64,000 nucleotides of DNA from Candidatus Woesearchaeota archaeon (lineage in GTDB: Archaea > Nanobdellota > Nanobdellia > Woesearchaeales > JAZDKJ01), in contig JAZDKJ010000012.1 of NCBI GenBank assembly GCA_043803105.1, positions 118,150-182,149 on the forward strand, written 5' to 3'. Under the pieces are notes generated by a model. The model was not told the origin of the DNA, did no database searches, and was given only the letters and a program-made list of their open reading frames with translations. A program made the position numbers and the translations under genes. Shown in pieces: positions 1-7,460 of this stretch. The number at the start of each line of letters is the position of its first letter. Position 1 is the first letter of the stretch.

Positions 1-191
1 AACTCATGGAACAGGCCGGTCCAGTCCAGAAGATTGGCAAGGTTTACTGTCAGTTGATTGGCATTGATTTGAAAAAAGCAAGAGAACTTCTGAAACTCAC
101 TTGTACAAGAAGCCACATTCCCGAGCCCGTCCGTGTTGCTCACATGATTGCCTCAGGAATCACAGAGGGTCAAAGCAGGGGCAGGGCCTAA
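1..191 (+). CDS. DUF99/UPF0215 family (endonuclease V-like) protein, 5'-truncated by window edge
   Basis: C-terminal 'HIPEPVRVAHMIASGI' matches the archaeal DUF99 C-terminal motif. Confidence 0.7.
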   Translation, partial: LMEQAGPVQKIGKVYCQLIGIDLKKARELLKLTCTRSHIPEPVRVAHMIASGITEGQSRGRA

Positions 192-213
192 CGGGTATTG
201 AATGTGATTTAAC

Positions 214-603
214 TCACTTCTCTTTTGTGTACTTTAACACAAGTCCATCTGCATTAAATGTCTTGTTCGGACATTGCACGTTCGTTGTTAAATTTGGGTA
301 CAGATGGTCCCATATGCTTTTTGCGCTTATCTCCTTTGCTGCGATGTATTCAAGGTGTACCTTGTCTCCGTCGTGCAGTTCATTTGTGCCTGCCAATACA
401 AATTTGGGCCGTCCAGGTATTGAGTCTATGGCAATCAGTGCTACATCCACCTGCCTGCTCTGGCCAGAACTGTCATTGCAGCTAAATTTTTGAAATTCTT
501 GTATGTACACTGTTCCGGTTACGGTCTTTGTGTAGTCCTTTTGCTCGCAGCCAATAACGGCAAAATAGGCACCCACTATGATTGTCATTAGAGTCTTTTT
601 CAT
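214..603 (-). CDS. Hypothetical secreted or lipoprotein
   Basis: 129-aa ORF; MKK, hydrophobic stretch, then 'VIGC' lipobox-like motif. Confidence 0.65.
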   Translation of the reverse strand: MKKTLMTIIVGAYFAVIGCEQKDYTKTVTGTVYIQEFQKFSCNDSSGQSRQVDVALIAIDSIPGRPKFVLAGTNELHDGDKVHLEYIAAKEISAKSIWDHLYPNLTTNVQCPNKTFNADGLVLKYTKEK

Positions 604-682
604 TTACCAGGTAAGAAATCAACCCACCCTAAAATAGTTTGCCCCGCAACCTTTTTATAAGGTGATTTGACTGCCTCCGGGA

Positions 683-1309
683 ATGCAAGACTGTGTTTTT
701 TGTGGCCCAAGGCCAGACCTTGAAATGTATCTCGCTAAAGGTAATTTATTTTACACCATTCCCAAAGGCCAGATATGTGCAGGCCATACTTTGATGGTGA
801 CAACAGAACATCTGAAGTGTTATGCCAGCCTTGATGTTTCAGCAGAAAATGAATACTATGAACGCAAGCAAAACCTTAGCGATATTCTCACAAGGCATTT
901 TGGGAATCTTTTTATGATAGAGTATGGGGTTTGGGGCCAGACTGTGAAGCATGCGCACAAACATTTTATTCCCCTTGAAGGCCCTAAACACAAGGTTGAG
1001 AGCGTTTTTGAGGAAATGGTTTCACCGGGAAACATCCTGGCAGAAGTGGCTGACCGTGCCAGGTTGCGTCATGTCTTTGGGCAGGAAAAAGGTTATGTCT
1101 GGCTTGAAGAGCATGGTGTATCCCGTATTATTCACACTCTGGGTATTCCTGATGACCGCACCTGCAAGCACTTGCTTTACCGCCATTTTTTCGCAGTTGT
1201 TAAGGGGGTCGGAGTCCTTACCTGGGGCAAGATGACTGAAGAACAGAAACGGGAGGACGAAAACAATCGTGAAGAAACCAGGAAAGTTTTAATGTCTGTA
1301 AAACTCTAA
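683..1309 (+). CDS. HIT-family nucleotide hydrolase
   Basis: N-terminal 'DCVFC', 'GHTLMV' and histidine triad 'QTVKHAHKHFIP'. Confidence 0.75.
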   Translation: MQDCVFCGPRPDLEMYLAKGNLFYTIPKGQICAGHTLMVTTEHLKCYASLDVSAENEYYERKQNLSDILTRHFGNLFMIEYGVWGQTVKHAHKHFIPLEGPKHKVESVFEEMVSPGNILAEVADRARLRHVFGQEKGYVWLEEHGVSRIIHTLGIPDDRTCKHLLYRHFFAVVKGVGVLTWGKMTEEQKREDENNREETRKVLMSVKL

Positions 1310-1332
1310 TTCTCGTTTGTGCTTGGCTAAAC

Positions 1333-3090
1333 TCAACTATAATACAATTTACCTTCTCTCTTTTGTTCCTGGTCTTTCTGCGAGCCTAGCTTGTTTACCC
1401 TCGGCCTGCGGCTTTCCATGTCTCGCCTCATGCTTATTCCCAAGCTGGTAAGAAATTGGTTCATTCCCTCTTCCATCCTGAAAGGTCCTTCTACCCTTCC
1501 TTGTATTGCCGGAATTCCGTCAAATACCAGCAGATTCTCTGACAGGTAATCAATGAACAACAGGTCATGGTCAACAACCAAGGCTGATTTGCCTTTTTGC
1601 TCAACCATTGCTTGTATTACCCTTGCCACAATAAGCCTTTGCTCCACGTCCAGGTATGCTGATGGCTCATCCAGAAGATACAGGTCCGCTTCCTGTGATA
1701 GGCATAGTGCTATTGATACCCTCTGCAGTTCTCCGCCTGATAGGTCCTTTACTCTTGAGAGCATCAGGTACTTTAGCTCTAGCGGCCTTATCAACTGTAT
1801 TTCATATTTTTCTGCAGCCTCACCCAAAACTGTTGCTACCAATTCTTTGCTATCATTGCTGAGATACTGAGGTTTGTACGCAACCTTAACGCCCTCTTCT
1901 ATTTTGCCGCTTTCAGGCTCACTCAATTTTGCCAGCATTTTGACAAACGATGTTTTTCCTATCCCGTTTGCTCCGAGCACCCCTGTTACCTCATGCTTGT
2001 GCAGTTCTCCCTTCTCTGCCTCAAGTAGGAAGCTTCCCAGTTTCTGTCTTACGCCTTCCCATCTTGTGAGCACCTCTTTTTTTGTGGATTTTGTTGGTGG
2101 CTTTTCGTCAAATTTTATTGCCCCGTCCCTGAACCTTACATTTTCATCTCTAAGGTAACCTTCCAGGTATGTGTTTATTCCCGCCTTAGTAGTCTTTGGC
2201 ATTGAGACTATTCCATATGCCCCTGGTTTTCCGTACATCAAGTGCACAAGGTCAGTCATGTAATCAAGTATTATAAGGTCGTGCTCAACAACCATTACAG
2301 CTGTGTTCTCGTCAGCAAGCTTTCTTATGAATGATGAAACCTTTATCCTTTGCTTTATATCAAGGTATGATGTTGGCTCATCAAAGAAATACACATTGGC
2401 TTTCTTTAATACAGCTGCAGCGATTGCCAGCCTTTGCAATTCTCCCCCGGAAATGTCCTTTACATTATGGTCAAGTACTTTGTCTATCTCAAGCTCTTTT
2501 GCAACCTCAAGCATTTTTTGCTTCTCATCTGCCTTTGCAAGAAGTTCTCTCACTGTTCCAGTTTGTGTTTTTGCTATTAAGTCAACCTGCTGCAGTTTGT
2601 AGCTTATCCTTACCTCTTTGTCTCTTACCTTTTCAAAGAAGTTGTGTGCCTCGCTGCCCTTAAAATATTCTATTAGCTCTTTGTGCTCTGCCTCTTTGTT
2701 TATCTTCCCCAGGTTTGGCTTGATTAATCCGGAAAGTATCTTCAGGCATGTTGATTTTCCTATCCCGTTTCTTCCGACTATTCCTACCACTTTGCCGAAG
2801 ATGGGTATTGGCAGGTTGAATAGGTGAAATCCATTCTCTCCATATTTGTATATTGGCGGCTTGTCAAGCTCTTGAGGCAGGTTGATTATCGATATTGCAT
2901 CGTACGGGCATCTGTTTGCGCATATCCCGCATCCTGTGCATAGCGCTTCGTCTATCCTTGCCTTTTCTTCCACCTTTGTTATGCATTCCTTTCCTGTCCT
3001 GTTTACTGGGCAGAGCTTTATGCAAAGGTCCCCGCACCCCAATGGGTTGCATCTGCTCTTCTGGATTACGGCTATGCGTGTCATGCTCAT
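1333..3090 (-). CDS. ABCE1/RLI ribosome-recycling ATPase
   Basis: N-terminal Fe-S Cys motifs (CTGCGICANRCP); two ABC domains (GRNGIGKS, GANGIGKT, LSGGELQR); C-terminal 'RPRVNKLGSQKD'. Confidence 0.97.
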   Translation of the reverse strand: MSMTRIAVIQKSRCNPLGCGDLCIKLCPVNRTGKECITKVEEKARIDEALCTGCGICANRCPYDAISIINLPQELDKPPIYKYGENGFHLFNLPIPIFGKVVGIVGRNGIGKSTCLKILSGLIKPNLGKINKEAEHKELIEYFKGSEAHNFFEKVRDKEVRISYKLQQVDLIAKTQTGTVRELLAKADEKQKMLEVAKELEIDKVLDHNVKDISGGELQRLAIAAAVLKKANVYFFDEPTSYLDIKQRIKVSSFIRKLADENTAVMVVEHDLIILDYMTDLVHLMYGKPGAYGIVSMPKTTKAGINTYLEGYLRDENVRFRDGAIKFDEKPPTKSTKKEVLTRWEGVRQKLGSFLLEAEKGELHKHEVTGVLGANGIGKTSFVKMLAKLSEPESGKIEEGVKVAYKPQYLSNDSKELVATVLGEAAEKYEIQLIRPLELKYLMLSRVKDLSGGELQRVSIALCLSQEADLYLLDEPSAYLDVEQRLIVARVIQAMVEQKGKSALVVDHDLLFIDYLSENLLVFDGIPAIQGRVEGPFRMEEGMNQFLTSLGISMRRDMESRRPRVNKLGSQKDQEQKREGKLYYS

Positions 3091-3121
3091 TAGAAGGATA
3101 AGAGTCTATAAAAAGCTTGTT

Positions 3122-4123
3122 TTAATGCATTGCAAGAAGGTGCATTGCATGTGCCCAACCCAAAGGGCAGTTGTCATTGTAAAGGTTTGAGTTGCCATAG
3201 TAGAGTTCTGGAAGCTCTCCCTTTGCGTTCATGGCCTCTGTGGTTTTTCTCATGTAGAAAGCGTATTTGTTTGGCATGTTTAGCTTTTTGTATATTGATG
3301 CCAGCCAAGGGAACCCGAAAGTCCATTCTGCTTCACCCTTTGCATTGTAGTAAAGGTCTCCATGGTATCTTATTACCCCCTTGTTTCTCACAAGCTGTTC
3401 TTCCACATTTTTGAGTATCTGCTCTGCCTGTTCTTTGGTTACGACGTTATAAGGGAAGATAAGCGATAGTTGCGCAAGGTCAACTGATTTTGTTGGTGAT
3501 TCTCTTGGCAGCAATTGATTCATTGCCTCTCTTCCTTTGTCTATAAGCTCTTGAGGCACTGCAACAATGAACTTGATTTTTTCTAGTCCTGCAACGCACG
3601 CTCCTATGCTTGATGCATGCAGTTCAGGTCCCTCTTCCCACATTCCGTGGTCTGGGTCATGCCAGTATTCTATGCTTTGCAGGTAATCAACAAGTTTCTT
3701 CAAAACTAGTTTGTCGTGCTCGTCTCGAATTACAGCAATTCCTCTTTGCTCCAGTTCTCCTACCTTGAACAGGAATGCTCCTATTGCGTCGTTTTGCTTG
3801 TTTCCCCATTCATCATAGAATTCATCAAATGTAATCGGGTGGTATCTTGCGTGTATATACTGGTAAGCGAACCTTGGTTTGTCTTTTATTGCCCAGTCTA
3901 TCTTGTATTCATGCCTTCTAAATATATCGAGCAGAGCCTGGAATGTCTTCACAGCTTTCTTTATAGAAAATGTCTCCATTCCCATCGCTGTGTAGACATT
4001 GTCCCTTATCCATGCTACATTGTAGCCTGTTGTGCAGTCCTTTCGTGACGCTGAAAAGAGCCCTGTCGGGTACTGCAGTGACTCAATGACCTTGACTGAA
4101 TTCTCTCGATAAGATAGGATTAT
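3122..4123 (-). CDS. Glycoside hydrolase family 15 (glucoamylase / phosphorylase-kinase-alpha-like) protein
   Basis: 'DHGMWEE', 'HASSIG', 'EAEWTFGF', 'ELPELY', 'PLGWAHA'. The frame stays open upstream of ATG 3985 and encodes 'QYPTGLFSAS...AWIRDNVY'; start inferred at ATA 4123 or ATC 4120. Confidence 0.8.
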   Translation of the reverse strand: MILSYRENSVKVIESLQYPTGLFSASRKDCTTGYNVAWIRDNVYTAMGMETFSIKKAVKTFQALLDIFRRHEYKIDWAIKDKPRFAYQYIHARYHPITFDEFYDEWGNKQNDAIGAFLFKVGELEQRGIAVIRDEHDKLVLKKLVDYLQSIEYWHDPDHGMWEEGPELHASSIGACVAGLEKIKFIVAVPQELIDKGREAMNQLLPRESPTKSVDLAQLSLIFPYNVVTKEQAEQILKNVEEQLVRNKGVIRYHGDLYYNAKGEAEWTFGFPWLASIYKKLNMPNKYAFYMRKTTEAMNAKGELPELYYGNSNLYNDNCPLGWAHAMHLLAMH

Positions 4124-4274
4124 TCCACCCCCAAATTTATCGATTTATGTTGCTATTTAACAGTAATAACTAATATATAAACCTTCCGCTTTTGTTATGC
4201 CTAATAAGTGGTGATAAATCAAGCAACAACCTCTTTGACAAGTTTTTTATTCTCGCTCATATGATAAACCATTT

Positions 4275-4523
4275 ATGAACTACTTATCCGTCCTGGCGCT
4301 TTGCGCACTTGCGCTTGGTGGTGTTTTTCTTCTCGGCAAGGGCTTGACCGGCATGACTGTCTCAGAAACCTGCTGCTTTCCCCCTAATTGTGCAGAGCAA
4401 AACCTCTGTGACTCTGCCAAACTTAACTTAGAAAATCCTTCTACTGTCGATTCTTCAGGAGTATACCTGGGCCTTATTCTAATCTTGCTGTCAATTCTAT
4501 TTTATAGGTTGTTCAAGAATTGA
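4275..4523 (+). CDS. Small two-TM membrane protein with Cys-rich loop
   Basis: TM, 'GLTGMTV', 'TCCFPPNC...LC', TM with basic tail. Confidence 0.7.
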   Translation: MNYLSVLALCALALGGVFLLGKGLTGMTVSETCCFPPNCAEQNLCDSAKLNLENPSTVDSSGVYLGLILILLSILFYRLFKN

Positions 4524-5430
4524 AGACTAAGGCAGCTGCTCCAAGCATTCCTGCTGAGTCAGAAATCTCATGCCTGACAATCTTCAGGTTCCGAGTGAGC
4601 ATTGGTAACGCATATTTCTTTGTTTCCCTTTCAAGCCTCTTATAAACAGGATCAGGAAGCTTGCTCACTCCTCCGCCGAGGACTATGATCTCCGGGTTTA
4701 ATACCATAACAAGCGTTGATAATCCAATTCCAAGGTAGTGTATTGCATCATTAATCGCCTGTTTTGCAGCCTTTTCCTTTGATGCATATATTTCCTTTAC
4801 GCCTGCATTCCTAATTTTTCCGCCCAGCTGAAAGTACCTTCTGGTTATGTTCTTGCCTGATGCTAGCATTTCAAGGCATCCACGCTGCCCGCATCCACAG
4901 ACAACCCCCTTCGTTATTGTTGGGTCTATAACCATATGTCCAAACTCCCCTGCTCCTCCTATTGCGCCAGAGTATACTCTTCTGTTGATTATTATTCCTC
5001 CGCCTATTCCAGTCCCCCATATGACTCCTATTGATATTTTCTTTTTCCTTGCTGCTCCAAATGTTGCCTCAGCCAATGCAAAGCATTTTGCGTCATTCAT
5101 AGCATCAGCCTTTAGCCCTGCTGCTTTCTCCAATTCTTTGCTGAGGTGCAATCCATTCAGGCAAGTTAGTGTTCCGCCTCCCCAGATAATTAAGCCAGTA
5201 TCATCGATTAGCCCTGGCAAAGAGACACCAACTCCATCAACCTGTGTTCCTTGAAGTTTTGCCTCGTCCTTAAGGTCTCTTATGACTGAGACAAGATTAG
5301 AAATTACCTGTTTTTTCCCTTTTTGTGGTTCTGTTGCAGTCCTTCTTGAGGTGATGAACTTGCCGTTCGCGTCTATGATGGCACCCTCAATCTTGGTGCC
5401 TCCCATATCTATTCCGATTGCATACTTCAT
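4513..5430 (-). CDS. ROK-family sugar kinase (glucokinase-like)
   Basis: 'GIDMGGTKI', 'NDAKCFALAE', 'GTGIGGG', 'GEFGH', 'CGCGQRGCLE'. Confidence 0.92.
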   Translation of the reverse strand: MKYAIGIDMGGTKIEGAIIDANGKFITSRRTATEPQKGKKQVISNLVSVIRDLKDEAKLQGTQVDGVGVSLPGLIDDTGLIIWGGGTLTCLNGLHLSKELEKAAGLKADAMNDAKCFALAEATFGAARKKKISIGVIWGTGIGGGIIINRRVYSGAIGGAGEFGHMVIDPTITKGVVCGCGQRGCLEMLASGKNITRRYFQLGGKIRNAGVKEIYASKEKAAKQAINDAIHYLGIGLSTLVMVLNPEIIVLGGGVSKLPDPVYKRLERETKKYALPMLTRNLKIVRHEISDSAGMLGAAALVFNS

Positions 5431-5503
5431 ACCTGCTCCTCAACAAAAGCTGTTTATTAATCTTTTGAAAATGTTTAAATATCAAGACAGAACATTGCTT
5501 GTT

Positions 5504-5659
5504 ATGAAATGCGAAATCTGCAAGAAAACCATCGAGGAAACCTTTCTGAAGAAGGTCGTAGGTAGTTATCTCAAGGATAAGAAAGGAAAGAAGCACCTGA
5601 TCTGCCCTGACTGCCAGAAGAAATATCCGAAGAAGGAAGACATTCTTACGCGGCTCTAG
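5504..5659 (+). CDS. Small zinc-finger protein (51 aa)
   Basis: MKCEIC...ICPDCQ (two CxxC); ATG 5504 follows a TTTAAATA box near 5474. Confidence 0.7.
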   Translation: MKCEICKKTIEETFLKKVVGSYLKDKKGKKHLICPDCQKKYPKKEDILTRL

Positions 5660-5699
5660 CCGCATATTATAAATACCAAAATCAATTAACCCTTCTAAT

Positions 5700-5772
5700 G
5701 CCTCTGTAGCACAGTAGCTACTGCGTCTGCCTCGTAAGCAGAAGATCGGGAGTGCAACTCTCCCCAGAGGCT
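5700..5772 (+). tRNA. tRNA-Thr(CGU), no intron, CCA not encoded
   Basis: Acceptor GCCTCTG/CAGAGGC; anticodon arm TCTGC-CTCGTAA-GCAGA; T arm GGGAG-TGCAACT-CTCCC; TTATAAAT box near 5667. Confidence 0.92.
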
Positions 5773-5827
5773 TTTCAGGTTTTGTTTGGATGTTTTTCCC
5801 AGGTTTTTGCATATTGCAAAAAGCTGG
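5772..5827 (-). repeat. Hairpin element related to the tRNA-Phe T-loop intron
   Basis: Reverse complement CCAGCTTTTTGC-AATAT-GCAAAAACCTGGGAAAAA...AACAAAACCTGAAAA resembles 63397-63489. Confidence 0.7.
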
Positions 5828-5971
5828 TTGGGAGCGCACATCTCCCCAAGGGCTTTGTTTCGATGTACTCTCATTTTAGTTCAATTTTTTCCCTATCCGC
5901 AATATGTTGTATCTGTATAGTGATAACAAAGGAAACATTTATATACTTGTTCTGCTTGGATTTATCATAGG

Positions 5972-6487
5972 ATGAAAGTCAAAAAATCAATTGAAAATGG
6001 CCTTGAAAAGGCCTCCGAATGGCAAATAGCAACTGCAGGTATCCTTGCTTTGCGGGGCAGGTCTTTTGCGAACAGAGTCAAGAGAAACTTGGTAAAGAAT
6101 GACAAACTTGATTACTGGACTGAGGTTGCCTTGAACAGGTGGTATGTGCCTATTGACAAGATTCCCAGGGAAGACAGGATTTTCTACCACCCACCTACAA
6201 TAAATCGAATCATACAAGGAAATCTCCTCCCTTCCATGAGACATGGCTCTGGCATGGGTGAATACAAGCACATTGCGTTGATTCTTAAAGGTTTTAAGGA
6301 TGTTCCTTTGGAGGAAATCGCCAGCACCAGAACGTACTTCGAGGATGGCTGTAGCGATTACTCAAGTACAATGGTTAGCGCAGATTTCCTTTTCTATCTT
6401 GTGCGCTCAAAAGAAGAAGAAAACATCCTTATGAACGCAAAAAAACCAGTGTACTTCTTGGGGCCAGAGATTAAATACAAAAGTTAG
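5972..6487 (+). CDS. Hypothetical protein
   Basis: 171-aa ORF after 'GAAACATTTATATA' BRE/TATA; no motif recognised. Confidence 0.6.
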   Translation: MKVKKSIENGLEKASEWQIATAGILALRGRSFANRVKRNLVKNDKLDYWTEVALNRWYVPIDKIPREDRIFYHPPTINRIIQGNLLPSMRHGSGMGEYKHIALILKGFKDVPLEEIASTRTYFEDGCSDYSSTMVSADFLFYLVRSKEEENILMNAKKPVYFLGPEIKYKS

Positions 6488-6571
6488 TCAATCGTAAATA
6501 AGATTTTCTTCTCCATATGCCAATCATTTCACCACACAAATCTTTATATTTGCCGAGGATACTTCATCTTC

Positions 6572-7417
6572 ATGGACCTTGAATTGCACATGCATCCCTT
6601 TAACAATCTGCTTGAGGATATAGTGCATGCCATGGACTCAAGGAAGATTGGTATATTGGCTGTTGAATCACTCGATGCTTCGATTTTTCCAAGGGTTCGG
6701 GCTGCAGCAAAAAGCCTTTATTCCAATTTAATAATTGATGATGCCGGGGTAAAGCTTCCCTCAGGAAAGACTATCTGGAATGGAAGAGAATACAGTACCA
6801 GTGAAGGATTTCACTTGCTTACCATTGGATATTCGCTTGATACCAGACCTTATACTGAGATAAGGAGGATTATAGATATTAGCTTGAAGCACAATGCACA
6901 GGTAATCCTCGACCACGGTTTTGTCGACAATAATCTTACAAGGACTGCAGGTCACATTTCCAGAGAGTCTGAATTTGAGTTGAACGATCTCTGCAAAGAA
7001 TATCGCAAAGAAATAGCGTTGGAATGGAATGCTTATTGCAAGCCATGGATGAGGGCCAGCCTCTTGCTCATTTTGAATGCGCTCGGCCACAAGACACGAT
7101 ATTATGATGTGAACAAGAAGGTTGTAGAATTATCTAAGAGCATAAACAATTTTTATGGCCCGACACAAACTAAGCTTCTTCCCATCCTTACCGGAACAGA
7201 CTTACATGCTATACAAAGAAAAATGCTTGAACTCATGGGAACTGCTAGGGTTAAGGCTGATGTGCAGGGAGAAAGCCCTTCAGAAATTTTGGCCTCTTTT
7301 AAGGAGCTGGTGCGTGCAGGTAAATACGAAAATACTTATGACTATGTTGGTTTTGTTCACCTTTTGGAAGCCTTTTGCCTACCGAAATTGTTCTTTAAGG
7401 ACTATCAAGGTTTATAA
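6572..7417 (+). CDS. PHP-fold-like metallo-hydrolase (hypothetical)
   Basis: 'LELHMH', 'GREY...FHLL', 'ILDHG', 'LEWNA', 'GTDLH'; paralog of 26627-27598. Confidence 0.65.
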   Translation: MDLELHMHPFNNLLEDIVHAMDSRKIGILAVESLDASIFPRVRAAAKSLYSNLIIDDAGVKLPSGKTIWNGREYSTSEGFHLLTIGYSLDTRPYTEIRRIIDISLKHNAQVILDHGFVDNNLTRTAGHISRESEFELNDLCKEYRKEIALEWNAYCKPWMRASLLLILNALGHKTRYYDVNKKVVELSKSINNFYGPTQTKLLPILTGTDLHAIQRKMLELMGTARVKADVQGESPSEILASFKELVRAGKYENTYDYVGFVHLLEAFCLPKLFFKDYQGL

Positions 7418-7460
7418 AGAATACATACCCTTTTTAAATCCCAATAGCTTACTGCCGCTC

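Noticed and set aside
5282-5970. ORFs 5387-5839(-), 5752-5970(+) and the long form of 5282-5659
   Set aside because: They overlap tRNA-Thr, the hairpin element or the ROK gene; shadow frames.
7155-7460. N-terminal extension of pepN in the ORF track
   Set aside because: Overlaps the PHP-like gene by over 250 nt and precedes a TATA-like box near 7430; recognisable sequence starts at ATG 7461.
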